A stretch of DNA of 64,000 nt from an uncultured Conexibacteraceae bacterium (lineage in GTDB: Bacteria > Actinomycetota > Thermoleophilia > Solirubrobacterales > 70-9), in NCBI GenBank assembly GCA_964594365.1, contig CAZQMB010000004.1, positions 17,257-81,256 on the forward strand. Reading direction: 5' to 3'. Positions 49,555 through 59,241 of the stretch are shown one piece after another. How positions within the stretch are numbered: position 1 is the stretch's first letter; each line of letters starts with the position of its first letter. The notes under the pieces are model-generated. The model saw nothing but the letters and a program-made list of their open reading frames with translations, did no database searches and was not told the DNA's origin. The position numbers and the translations under genes were made by a program.

Positions 49555-50127
49555 TCAGGCGACTTCGGGTAGGTACGGCTCCCAGGTTCGCGGGACCCGT
49601 GGGCTGGCGATGCGGATGAAGATGTTCGGAGAAGGCGCCCGCGGTGCCTTCTTGGGTTGCATCCCGGCCTCTCGAGGCAGCCGATCGCCCTTCTGGCGGT
49701 TGCACGGAGCGCAGGACGCGACGATGTTCTCCCACTCCGAACCTCCTCCCTTGCTCTTGGGAATGACGTGATCGACGGTCAATTTGAGCCGGGTATCTCC
49801 GCAGTACTGACAGGTCCAATCGTCCCGGGCCAACACCGCTCTCCTGGTGATCCTCCTGCGATGGACGTCGCGCGGCACTCGCACGTACGAGACCAACCGG
49901 ATCACGTCTGGCCGTGCCAACTCCATGGTTTCCGATCGCAACAGGCCCTTGCCCTTCTCCAGGACCTCGGCCTTGCCCTTCAACAGGAGCACCAGAGCCC
50001 TTCTGACCGTGCATACGTTCAACGGCTCGTAGGTTGCGTTGAGGACCAGAACCCGCCCTTTGGCAAGCGACGTCTCGCGGCCGGTCGCGTCCCGGCCGAT
50101 ATCTGCGAGGGGAACTGGAGCCGCCAT
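49555..50127 (-). CDS. HNH endonuclease family protein
   Basis: CQYCG...LTVDHVIPKSKGG...WENIVASCAPCNRQKG (HNH/Zn-ribbon core). Confidence 0.85.
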   Translation of the reverse strand: MAAPVPLADIGRDATGRETSLAKGRVLVLNATYEPLNVCTVRRALVLLLKGKAEVLEKGKGLLRSETMELARPDVIRLVSYVRVPRDVHRRRITRRAVLARDDWTCQYCGDTRLKLTVDHVIPKSKGGGSEWENIVASCAPCNRQKGDRLPREAGMQPKKAPRAPSPNIFIRIASPRVPRTWEPYLPEVA

Positions 50128-50171
50128 GACCCGAGGAATGATAGGGGAGGCCCGAGCGACCCCCGACAGGT

Positions 50172-51029
50172 TCAGATGATCGGATAGCTCCCGAGGACCT
50201 TCACCGATTCGGCCATTCCCTCGAGTTCGGTTACCGCCTCGGCGATCGCTTCCGTCTCGGTCGAGCCCTCCAGATCGAGGAAGAACATGTACCTGCCGAG
50301 ATCGCCCCTAATCGGCTGGGACTGGATCCTCGTCAGGTTGATACCTCGCGAGCTGAAGACCGTCAGGGCCCCAGCCAGGGCTCCGGGATGATCCTCCCCC
50401 AATTCCGAGAAGACGAGCGAGGTGCCCCATCGGTCGGACTCGACACGATCGGCATCGCCAACGCGAGAGATCAGGCCGAATCTGGTCACGTTCACACTCT
50501 CGTCTTCGATCTGATCTTCGAGAACCGAACATTCGTAGATCCGCGCGGCCGAGCGCGAGCCGATCGCAGCCCACGGTGCACCGTGTTCGGCCACCAACCG
50601 CACCGCCTCGGCGGTGCTCGCGGCAGCCCTCACCTCCGCCTGCGCGAGTTCCCGCCGCAGGAAAGCGGAACACTGGCCGGTCGCTTGGGGGTGGCTCAAC
50701 ACCACCGTGATCTCCTCCAGGGGCAGTTCGGCCACCGCGACGAGACAGTGCGTAATCGCCATCTCGTGTGTTCCGATGATCTCGAGGCCCTCCGTCCCAA
50801 CCGCCAAAGCGTCGAGTGTTGCGGTGACGGAGCCTTCGAGTGAGTTCTCGAAGGGAACGACTGCCCGGTCGGCCTCACCCTGCGCGACCGCCGCGAGTGA
50901 ATCGAAGATCGATGAACGTGGCAACGGCTCGTACTCGGCGACCCCGAGTCGTTCCATGATCTGATCGACTGCCTCCTCGCTGTAGGTACCCCTTGGCCCG
51001 AGGTAGGCGACTGTCGGACCGCTGGTCAA
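50172..51029 (-). CDS. pheA: Prephenate dehydratase
   Basis: VAYLGPRGTYSEEA, NVTRF, and a C-terminal ACT domain (PGALAGALTVFSSRGINLTRIQS). Confidence 0.9.
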   Translation of the reverse strand: MTSGPTVAYLGPRGTYSEEAVDQIMERLGVAEYEPLPRSSIFDSLAAVAQGEADRAVVPFENSLEGSVTATLDALAVGTEGLEIIGTHEMAITHCLVAVAELPLEEITVVLSHPQATGQCSAFLRRELAQAEVRAAASTAEAVRLVAEHGAPWAAIGSRSAARIYECSVLEDQIEDESVNVTRFGLISRVGDADRVESDRWGTSLVFSELGEDHPGALAGALTVFSSRGINLTRIQSQPIRGDLGRYMFFLDLEGSTETEAIAEAVTELEGMAESVKVLGSYPII

Positions 51030-52102
51030 TTGAAGATGACCTGGTAGTCACCGCTGTTGTTGTCGGTGACTGACTCTCCCGGGACCGGGGATACCAGGAC
51101 GTTCATGGTGGTCTCGATTCCCGTCTCGGGCGCTTGGCTCAACTCGATGGATACGGTCGCTGTGGCTCCTGCTGCGATCGTGTCGATGGTTCCGCTGCTG
51201 GCGACGCCGTCGATGGTCACCGTCACCTCCACTCCCGACTCCTCGGATTCACCTTGGTTCTGGACCTGGACGTCGATCGTTCCGGTCGAGGCAGCAAGTT
51301 CGTTGGTCGAATCGGAGGTCAGCGAAACGCCGTTGGCGGAGACCGAGAGAAGGCCGATTCCGTGTGCACCGGTGGTGGTTGCGGTCCCGCTGACCAGTCC
51401 GAGCGCCGAGATGACCTTCGCCTCACTCAGCCACTCGAGTCCGGTTGGGGGAGGCGGCATGAACCGCGCCTCCGACACCTGTACATCCTCGATGCCCTCC
51501 TCCTCGAGCACTCGCCTGGTCTCCGGTACCGCTCCCTGGAGATAGCTGACATCGCTGGCGTAGAGCGAACTCATCTGATCGGTGATCACCGAGATTGCCT
51601 CTGCTCGTTCAGCATCTCCGAGTGCAGCGGTGATCTGGTCGGCGATCTTGGTCAGCGCGTCCCGTCGCAGCCTCAGCGAGACGAGGGCCGCCTGGTTCGC
51701 CTCGATCAACTGCCCGGGAGGGCTCAGCTCTTCTGCCCGAGTCAGCAACGATTCCGACGCTCCGCGCAGTAGCTGGACCTGCTGCTGGTACTGGAGATCG
51801 GAGGTCTCACCGGGACTCTCCAATTGATCGAAGAACTGCTTTCCGCGCGAACCCGATTCGTTCATGATCGTCGAGACCGCAGTGACGTAGGTGGAGATTC
51901 CACGATCGCTTCGCGCTTGGAGGCAGCCTCTGAGCGCAAAGATCCCGAGCACGAGTATGGCGACGAGCACGCCTACCGCCATCAATCGGCGATTCCGGTA
52001 GGCGTCCGTGGGAGGCCGTGATCCTGACCGGTTACGCGGAGATCTACGTGAGCCGGGCGTGCGGGGCGCGCGCTCAGGCGGGGACGGTGTTCGCTCTGGC
52101 AT
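51026..52102 (-). CDS. Membrane-anchored protein with C-terminal CARDB-like beta-sandwich
   Basis: The ATG at 52102 is preferred. It has a basic Pro-rich N-terminus, one TM segment (LMAVGVLVAILVLGIFAL), a helical middle region and a C-terminal VQVQNQG...VTVTIDG...ATATVSIEL...ESVTDNNSG pattern. The stop overlaps the pheA start by 4 nt. Confidence 0.55.
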   Translation of the reverse strand: MPERTPSPPERAPRTPGSRRSPRNRSGSRPPTDAYRNRRLMAVGVLVAILVLGIFALRGCLQARSDRGISTYVTAVSTIMNESGSRGKQFFDQLESPGETSDLQYQQQVQLLRGASESLLTRAEELSPPGQLIEANQAALVSLRLRRDALTKIADQITAALGDAERAEAISVITDQMSSLYASDVSYLQGAVPETRRVLEEEGIEDVQVSEARFMPPPPTGLEWLSEAKVISALGLVSGTATTTGAHGIGLLSVSANGVSLTSDSTNELAASTGTIDVQVQNQGESEESGVEVTVTIDGVASSGTIDTIAAGATATVSIELSQAPETGIETTMNVLVSPVPGESVTDNNSGDYQVIFN

Positions 52103-52205
52103 CGAGTCCAAGAGACCACAGTATGCCCTCTGTGCCCGACACGCCTGAGAGAGTCCTGAGCTTCTCGCAGGAACACGCCTGTAGGCGTGGAAGAGGAAAG
52201 ACGGA

Positions 52206-53906
52206 ATGGTGGGCGACCTGATACTCGAACGTTTCCTGATCGAGGAGCGCCTCGGTGGCGGGGGATTCGGCACGGTCTATCGAGCCTGGGATGAACGCCT
52301 GCGTCGCTCGGTGGCGGTCAAGGTCGTCGAGAGTCCCGGCGAGGCCGATCGGGTCGCCCGTGAGGCTCAGGCCGCCGCGCGTCTCGCCCACCGCAACATC
52401 GCGATGCTCTACGAACTCGCAAGCGATGGTGAATATGCCTACCTCGTCGGGGAGCTGATCGAAGGCGACACCGTCAGGACCCTCGCCCGAGGAGGGGAAC
52501 TCTCCGACCGCGCTGTGGCAGAGATCGGCGCAGCTTCGGCAGCCGGCCTGGTCCACGCCCATCGCGCCGGAGTAGTCCACAGGGACATCAAGCCCGAGAA
52601 CATCCTCGTCTCCGAGCGGGGTGAGACGAAGCTCGTCGACTTCGGTATCGCGCGAATCGCCGGACAGGAGACCCTCACCGCATCGGGCGCAGTGCTCGGC
52701 ACTCTGGCCTACATGGCGCCCGAGCAGGCGGACGGCCTTCGGCCCGGGCCTGCAGCCGATGTCTACTCGCTGGCACTGACCTTGTACGAGCTCTGGGCTG
52801 GCGAGCATCCGCTGACCGGCGATGGACCGGCTGCGACCGCACGGGCGATAGGCGAGCCCATCCTCTCACTCGGAGAGGTGCGCCCGGACCTCCCACCTGA
52901 GCTGATCGAGGGGATCGATTCGGCTCTCGATCCCGATCCGGAGGAGCGACCTCTGGCATCCGATTTCGAACGCCTTCTGGAGCGGGTTGCGGGGTCGCTC
53001 TCAGGGGCCCCACTTCCCGCACCTCGTGAGCTCGACGGCTCTCATGCGGAGCGCACGGTCAAAGCGTTCAGGCCTTCCGGACTGGATGGCTTCGCTTCTG
53101 CCCGGGTTCTCGGCGCGGCCCTGGTCGCACTTCTCCCCCTCGGCCTGCCGTTCGTCCTCGGCGGTCATCTCCCCGCGATGGTGGCGCTCTCCGGACTCTC
53201 GTTCCTCCTGGCCCTCGCACGACCGAGAGCCGCTTTCGCGGTAGCGGTGTGCGGCTCGGCATTCTGGCTCGTGCTCTCGCAGGGAGCGCCCGGGGCCGCG
53301 CTCTGTCTGGTGATTTTCAGTCTCCCCATCGTCTTCGCGCCCTACGAGCCGGGTCCCGGGCTCTCCCTCCCCGTCCTCGCACCCACCCTCGGCGCGATCG
53401 GACTCGCTGGCGCGTTCCCTGCGCTGGCGGCTCTGCCGAGGCGAGCGGTGGAACGCGCGATGGTCGCTGCTGTCGGTTATCTCTGGCTGGTCGCCATCGA
53501 GGCTGTTGCCCGACGTGATCTCTTGCTCTCTGGTACTCCACCCGCGTCGGCAGGGTGGGAGGACTCCCTGACCTCGGGTCTCTCGGAGGTCTTGATCCCC
53601 GCACTCGCTCCGATGTGCCTGCTCGGCGCCGCAGTCTGGGCGGTCGCGGCCGTATCGCTCCCCCTGATCGTCCGCGGGCGGTTCCTCGCCCTCGATCTGC
53701 TCGGCTTCATCGTCTGGATCGCTGGTCTGATCACGGCCGAGCGACTCCTGGGGCAGGGTGCAGCCTCGCCGTTCGACCTCTCCGTGACCATCGCCGGAGG
53801 TATCGCAGCGGCCTTCTACCTGACCCGCCGGGCAGGACAGGATTCAGGCGTGAACAGGCACACCGGAGTCGCGCGGACTTCGCCTGCCGCCGAGGGCACC
53901 GCCTAG
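52206..53906 (+). CDS. Hanks-type Ser/Thr protein kinase fused to a polytopic membrane domain
   Basis: GGGGFGTVYRA...VAVK, HRDIKPENIL, DFGIA, and an APE-type motif (YMAPEQ). These are followed by about 280 aa containing multiple hydrophobic helices. Confidence 0.88.
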   Translation: MVGDLILERFLIEERLGGGGFGTVYRAWDERLRRSVAVKVVESPGEADRVAREAQAAARLAHRNIAMLYELASDGEYAYLVGELIEGDTVRTLARGGELSDRAVAEIGAASAAGLVHAHRAGVVHRDIKPENILVSERGETKLVDFGIARIAGQETLTASGAVLGTLAYMAPEQADGLRPGPAADVYSLALTLYELWAGEHPLTGDGPAATARAIGEPILSLGEVRPDLPPELIEGIDSALDPDPEERPLASDFERLLERVAGSLSGAPLPAPRELDGSHAERTVKAFRPSGLDGFASARVLGAALVALLPLGLPFVLGGHLPAMVALSGLSFLLALARPRAAFAVAVCGSAFWLVLSQGAPGAALCLVIFSLPIVFAPYEPGPGLSLPVLAPTLGAIGLAGAFPALAALPRRAVERAMVAAVGYLWLVAIEAVARRDLLLSGTPPASAGWEDSLTSGLSEVLIPALAPMCLLGAAVWAVAAVSLPLIVRGRFLALDLLGFIVWIAGLITAERLLGQGAASPFDLSVTIAGGIAAAFYLTRRAGQDSGVNRHTGVARTSPAAEGTA

Positions 53907-53967
53907 GATTGAAACCGAAACCTGTCTTGCCTCATCTCAAGCGAAAGGAACCAGGAGAGATCCAATC

Positions 53968-54732
53968 ATGAGCGTCTTGCGGAATCTCGAGGCACGCATC
54001 GAGGGCCTGGTCGAGGGCGTCTTCTCCCGTGCTTTCTCCTCGGGCGTCCAACCGGTGGAGATCGCCAGGAAGCTCTCGAAGGAGATGGACGCACACCGCA
54101 CGGCTTCGGTCTCGACGGTGTACGTACCCAACGAGTTCACGGTGTGGCTCTCGACCGAAGACCACGATCGGCTGAAGGGCTACGAGTCCTCGTTATCCCA
54201 GGAACTCGCTGCTCACCTCCTCGAACACGCGAGGCGACACGACTATGACCTGCTCACCCGCCCGGTGGTGGATCTCGACGTCGACGACCGGCTGAGGCTC
54301 GGAGAGTTCGGTATCCAGACGCGTCTGGTGCGACCGCCACGGCGGGAAGGATCCAAGCCCACGCAAGGCGAGACCGGACACACGATGATCTACTCGGCTT
54401 CCGAGGTCGAGAAAGCGAAGAAGCGCACCACTCGCGATGAGCTCACAGGCACGAAGGCTGTCGTGACCCTCGACGACCGCCGTTTCGTGCTCGCCGGGCC
54501 GTCGGCGGTGATCGGCCGGTCGAAGGAAGCAGACTGTGTCATCGACGACCCGAATATCTCGCGGCAGCACGCCGAACTCACCCGCGATGACGACGGAGAC
54601 TGGTCGATCGCCGATCTCGGTTCCACCAACGGGATCAAACTGAATGGCCGCAGGGTTCCCTCGGCGCGCCTTACTCCCGGGGACGAGGTCACGCTCGGCA
54701 CGCTGGTCTTCACCTTCGACATCGAGCAGTGA
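53968..54732 (+). CDS. fhaA: FhaA-type protein (DUF3662 N-terminal domain + C-terminal FHA domain)
   Basis: MSVLRNLEARIEGLVEGVFSRAF...VQPVEIARKL, and a C-terminal FHA domain (IGRS...D..ISRQHAEL...DLGSTNG..LNG). Confidence 0.88.
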   Translation: MSVLRNLEARIEGLVEGVFSRAFSSGVQPVEIARKLSKEMDAHRTASVSTVYVPNEFTVWLSTEDHDRLKGYESSLSQELAAHLLEHARRHDYDLLTRPVVDLDVDDRLRLGEFGIQTRLVRPPRREGSKPTQGETGHTMIYSASEVEKAKKRTTRDELTGTKAVVTLDDRRFVLAGPSAVIGRSKEADCVIDDPNISRQHAELTRDDDGDWSIADLGSTNGIKLNGRRVPSARLTPGDEVTLGTLVFTFDIEQ

Positions 54733-54766
54733 GGCAGACGATCCGAGACTACGGGCAGACCGCACA

Positions 54767-55231
54767 GTGAGCGACATCGAACCCATAGCGGTAGTCCTCA
54801 AGTTCGGCTTCCTCGCGGTGCTCTACCTGTTCCTCTTCTGGGTCACTCGCACGGCACTGAGGGAACTTCGCGGCACCGCCAGTCCCGGTCTGGAGACCGG
54901 CTACCACGAGGTAGTCGGTTCGAAGTCCTCCTCACCGGATGCCTGGTTGGTCGTGGTCAAGGCCAAGGGCCTCAAGAGGGGGGAGCGTTACGACCTGTTC
55001 GGCGGTCTCTCCATCGGACGCTCAGACGAGGCCGAGATCAGGATCTCCGACAAGTTCGCATCGGGCCTCCACGCGCGCCTCTACAGTCGGGCCGGGTCCT
55101 GGATCGTCCAGGATCTCGACTCCACGAACGGGACGCTGCTCAACGGAGACGAGCTGCAGGGTGAGTCAGAAGTCCTCGACGGCGATGTGATCGAGATCGG
55201 CGATACCAAGTTCAGAATCGAGCTCGGCTGA
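54767..55231 (+). CDS. fhaB: FhaB-type membrane-anchored FHA-domain protein
   Basis: The GTG at 54767 is preferred. N-terminal TM segment (VLKFGFLAVLYLFLFWV) and an FHA domain (IGRS...SGLHARL...DLDSTNGTLLNG). Confidence 0.85.
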   Translation: MSDIEPIAVVLKFGFLAVLYLFLFWVTRTALRELRGTASPGLETGYHEVVGSKSSSPDAWLVVVKAKGLKRGERYDLFGGLSIGRSDEAEIRISDKFASGLHARLYSRAGSWIVQDLDSTNGTLLNGDELQGESEVLDGDVIEIGDTKFRIELG

Positions 55232-55232
55232 G

Positions 55233-56465
55233 ATGCTGCGAGTCGGCGAGAGCGCCTACAAGACCGATACCGGGAAGCAGCGGCGGGCGAACGAGGATTC
55301 CTACTTCGCACGGGCCCCTGTGTTCGCGGTGGCCGACGGAATGGGCGGGGCTCAGGCCGGTGAGGTCGCCTCTCGGGTTGCTGCCAGTTCATTCGAATCA
55401 GGGTTCCCGACCGGCGATCCCCCCGAGAAGGATCTGGAGAAGCTGTTCGGTAAGGCCAACGACGAGATCCATCTGCTTGCCGGCGAAGATGCGACCAAGG
55501 CCGGTATGGGTACCACCCTCACCGCGGCGTTGGTGGGCGGTACCCAGGTCTCCTTCGGCCACGTCGGGGACAGTCGCGCCTACCTGTTGCGCGACGGGAC
55601 GCTGAGGCAGCTCACCAGCGACCATTCATTGGTCGAAGAGCTCAGACGTCAGGGCCGGATCAGCGAAGAGGAGGCAGCCGAGCACCCCCAGCGTTCCGTC
55701 ATCACGCGGGCGCTGGGTCCGGAGCCGAACGTGAAGGTCGATACGTTCACCGAGCAGGCTCGCGACGGAGACGTCTTCCTGCTCTGCAGTGACGGACTGA
55801 CCACCATGCTGTCCGAGTCGAAGATCTCGGAAATCCTGGTCGAATCGAAGACCCTCCGCTCGGCTGTGTCTCGCCTGGTCGACGCTGCCAACAAGGCGGG
55901 CGGGAAGGACAACATCACGGCGGTCGCATTCCGTCTCGAGGATGCAGGGGACGACCCCGAGGAGGGTGTGACCCTGATCGCCCGGACGGCTGGACAGGCG
56001 GGTCTCACCGCTGACAAGGTTCGTGAAGCAGCCGATCGGATCAAGGGAGATTCACCGATGCCAGCCCCCAGATCGCGTCGGTACGCGGTGCGCGCTGGCG
56101 TGATAGCCCTCTGCCTCGGACTCCTGATCCTGCTCGGATTCCTGCTCGGCAGGCAGGTCTATTTCGTAGGCACCGATGACCAGGGCAGGGTCGCGCTCTT
56201 CCGGGGCGTTCCTTACGAGTTACCACTCGGACTGGATCTCTACTCGGAGCAGTACTCGATCGGGGTGCAGGCGAGTTCACTGTCGCCCGCACGTCGTGTG
56301 GTGATCGTCGACCACCGGCTGCGCTCCAAGGACGATGCGACAGACCTGATCAACGACATCGACGCAAACGAGGGCACCACACCTCCGCCGACCGATCGAG
56401 GAAAACGCGGCAAGGACGAGAAGGAGGGGTCGGGCAAGAAGACCCCGGACGGGCAGTCCAAGTGA
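55233..56465 (+). CDS. pstP: PP2C-family Ser/Thr phosphatase (PstP type) with TM segment and extracytoplasmic tail
   Basis: NEDSYF, VADGMGG, GTTLTA, CSDGL, DNITAV, then the TM segment GVIALCLGLLILLGFLLG. Confidence 0.9.
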   Translation: MLRVGESAYKTDTGKQRRANEDSYFARAPVFAVADGMGGAQAGEVASRVAASSFESGFPTGDPPEKDLEKLFGKANDEIHLLAGEDATKAGMGTTLTAALVGGTQVSFGHVGDSRAYLLRDGTLRQLTSDHSLVEELRRQGRISEEEAAEHPQRSVITRALGPEPNVKVDTFTEQARDGDVFLLCSDGLTTMLSESKISEILVESKTLRSAVSRLVDAANKAGGKDNITAVAFRLEDAGDDPEEGVTLIARTAGQAGLTADKVREAADRIKGDSPMPAPRSRRYAVRAGVIALCLGLLILLGFLLGRQVYFVGTDDQGRVALFRGVPYELPLGLDLYSEQYSIGVQASSLSPARRVVIVDHRLRSKDDATDLINDIDANEGTTPPPTDRGKRGKDEKEGSGKKTPDGQSK

Positions 56466-57808
56466 GCGCACGCAGCCGGGAACTATTCGGGCTGCTGCCC
56501 GTGGCGATACTCGTCACTGCGGGGTTCACGGCTGTCTTCATCGTCGAGTCCGCGCAGCTTGGTGGAACGAGCCTCTTCTACGGCGCTTACTTCCTCGCAC
56601 TCTGCGTTGGCGCGCACTTGATAATCCGTTGGCGCCTACCGGATGCGGATCCCTTCCTCTTTCCTCTGGTGGCGCTGCTGGCCGCTTTCGGATTGGTGAT
56701 GATCTATCGGATGAACGCCGATCTCGCTCGGGATCAGGCGAACTGGTTCGTCCTCGGCCTGATCGCGTTCTCGGCGACCATCATCTTCCTGCGCGACTAC
56801 CACGTGCTCGAGCGATACCGCTACGTGATCGCATCAGCCGGGATAGCTCTTCTCCTCCTGCCCCGGGTACCGGGGATCGGCGCGATCACCAACGACGCCT
56901 ACCTCTCCATCCAGCTCGGGCCGATCACATTCCAGCCGACCGAGATTGCAAAGCTGTGCATAGTCATCTTCCTCGCGAGCTACCTGAGGGAGAAACGCGA
57001 GGTCCTGGTGGTTGGCGCGAGGCGGATCCTCGGTGTGACCCTGCCTCCTCTCAAGCATCTCGGACCCCTGTTGGTGGTCTGGGGCATCGCCATGCTGATG
57101 CTCATCTTCATCCGAGACCTCGGGAGCTCGCTGATGTTCTTCGGCGTCTTCCTGGCCCTGATCTACGTAGCCACAGCGCGGATCTCGTTCGTGATCATCG
57201 GCCTCGGACTGTTCCTCCTCGGCGCCTGGTTCTTCGCCAGTACGGTCGGACACGTCGGAGAGAGGTTCGACATCTGGCTCGATCCCTTCGCCGACGCAAG
57301 CGGCGCCGGCTATCAGATCTCACAATCCCTCTTCGCTCAGGCGGATGGAGGCCTCTTCGGCCAAGGCCTCGGTTCGTCGTTACTCGAGTTGCCACAGGTC
57401 TCGGCTGACTGCGCCGAACAGTTCCCCTCCTGCGGAGCGATCCTGCCAGCACCGCATACGGACTTCGTCTACTCGGTGATCGTCAACGAGCTCGGTCTGT
57501 TCGGAGGAGCAGCGGTGATCCTCATCTACCTGATGATCGCTGCGCGCGGCTTCAAGACCGCCCTGGTGGCAAATGACGGGTTCTCGAAGCTCCTCGCCAC
57601 CGGCCTGACGGCGGTTTTCGCTCTTCAGGCCTTCGTGATCATCGGCGGGGTAACCAGGGTGATCCCCCTGACCGGGGTGACCCTCCCTCTGATCAGCTAC
57701 GGCGGGTCGTCGATCATCGCCAACATGATCCTGTTCGCGCTGCTGTTGATGATCTCCGATGATGCTCGGCGACATGCGCGGACGCAGCAGGCTGGTGATC
57801 TCGTATGA
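56462..57808 (+). CDS. rodA: FtsW/RodA/SpoVE-family peptidoglycan glycosyltransferase
   Basis: Polytopic. FQPTEIAKL, HTDFVYSVIVNELG, PLTGVTLPLISYGGSS. Confidence 0.9.
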   Translation: MSARSRELFGLLPVAILVTAGFTAVFIVESAQLGGTSLFYGAYFLALCVGAHLIIRWRLPDADPFLFPLVALLAAFGLVMIYRMNADLARDQANWFVLGLIAFSATIIFLRDYHVLERYRYVIASAGIALLLLPRVPGIGAITNDAYLSIQLGPITFQPTEIAKLCIVIFLASYLREKREVLVVGARRILGVTLPPLKHLGPLLVVWGIAMLMLIFIRDLGSSLMFFGVFLALIYVATARISFVIIGLGLFLLGAWFFASTVGHVGERFDIWLDPFADASGAGYQISQSLFAQADGGLFGQGLGSSLLELPQVSADCAEQFPSCGAILPAPHTDFVYSVIVNELGLFGGAAVILIYLMIAARGFKTALVANDGFSKLLATGLTAVFALQAFVIIGGVTRVIPLTGVTLPLISYGGSSIIANMILFALLLMISDDARRHARTQQAGDLV

Positions 57809-59241
57809 ACGGCCAGATCGTCAAGCTCTTCGCGTTCATCCTGGCCTTGTTCGTCTTGCTGCTCGGATTCACCTCCTACTGGTCGGTCTTCGATGCTCCC
57901 GGGCTGAAGGCCAATGCCGAGAACCGCCGCGCCCTGTTGCTCGAACAGCGCATACACCGGGGTGACATCCGCTCGGTGGACGGCCAGGTGATCGCCAGAT
58001 CCCTGCCTTCGGGCACCGGCAAGAACCGGATCTGGATTCGCGAGTACCCCTACGGAGGTCTGTTCGGGAATCCGATCGGCTACAGCTACACCGAACGCGG
58101 GCGGGTAGGAACGGAGCTCGCACACAACGACGAGTTGATCGGTGACAAGTCGGAGTTCCTGTCCATCCTCGACGAGCTTTCGGGACACAAGCAGGAGGGG
58201 TCGACCCTCGTCTCCTCTCTCGATGCGAGTGTTCAACAGACGGCTCTCGACGGCCTGGCGGGTCAGGCGGGGGCCGTGGTTGCGATGGTCCCGAAGACCG
58301 GGGAGATTCGAGCGATGGTGAGCACTCCCGAATACGACCCGAATCTGATTCCCGACGACTACTCCCAGCTCAACACCGATCCGGCCGCGCCGCTCTTCAA
58401 CCGGGCGACTCAGTCCGGCTATCCGCCCGGTTCCACCATGAAGGTGGTGACCGCCACAGCGGCACTCGACACCGGAGAGTTCGATCCGGACTCGACCCTG
58501 GATGGCAGCAGCCCTCAGACGATCGATGGTGTTCCACTCTCGAACTCTCAGGGAGAGTCCTTCGGTCAGATCGACTTCGCCACAGCTCTGACCTACTCGG
58601 TCAATACCGCGATGGCGAGGGTCGGGGAGAGGGTAGGCGCGGGAACCCTGCTCGACTACATGGACCGTTACGGCTTCAACGAGAAGCCCGAGATCGACTA
58701 CCCGAGCTTCCAGTTGGCGACCTCTGGCGTCTACGACGGTAGTTCGCTCCTGACCGCCGCCGATGCAATCGATGTCGGCCGGGTGGCGATCGGCCAGGAG
58801 CGCCTGCTGGTGACCCCGCTCCAGATGGCGGAGGTCGCGGCCACGGTCGCGAATCGCGGAGAGCGGATGTGCCCCAGACTGTGGTCCAAGGTGATCGATG
58901 TAGACCAGAGAGTCGACGAACTCGACCCGGAGACCTGCGCCAAGGTGATGGATCGGCGCACCGCCAGGCAACTGACCGAGATCATGAAGGACGTGGTCTC
59001 GGAGGGAACGGGAACCGCCGCGGCGCTCTACGGCGTCGATGTCGCCGGCAAGACGGGAACTGCCGAGGTATCGGGAAGACCGGGTTGCGACGCGCCGAAT
59101 CAAGCCTGGTTCATCGGCTTCGCCCCTGCAGATCGGCCCGAGATCGCAGTCGCAGTGACGGTCGAGTGCACCAGCGGCTATGGCGGCGATGTCGCAGCTC
59201 CGATCGCAGCTCAGGTGATGCAGGAGGCCCTCGATGGCTAG
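57805..59241 (+). CDS. pbpA: Class B penicillin-binding protein (PbpA-type transpeptidase)
   Basis: N-terminal TM segment. SxxK (PGSTMKV), SxN (YSVNT), KTG (GKTGTAE). Confidence 0.9.
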   Translation: MNGQIVKLFAFILALFVLLLGFTSYWSVFDAPGLKANAENRRALLLEQRIHRGDIRSVDGQVIARSLPSGTGKNRIWIREYPYGGLFGNPIGYSYTERGRVGTELAHNDELIGDKSEFLSILDELSGHKQEGSTLVSSLDASVQQTALDGLAGQAGAVVAMVPKTGEIRAMVSTPEYDPNLIPDDYSQLNTDPAAPLFNRATQSGYPPGSTMKVVTATAALDTGEFDPDSTLDGSSPQTIDGVPLSNSQGESFGQIDFATALTYSVNTAMARVGERVGAGTLLDYMDRYGFNEKPEIDYPSFQLATSGVYDGSSLLTAADAIDVGRVAIGQERLLVTPLQMAEVAATVANRGERMCPRLWSKVIDVDQRVDELDPETCAKVMDRRTARQLTEIMKDVVSEGTGTAAALYGVDVAGKTGTAEVSGRPGCDAPNQAWFIGFAPADRPEIAVAVTVECTSGYGGDVAAPIAAQVMQEALDG

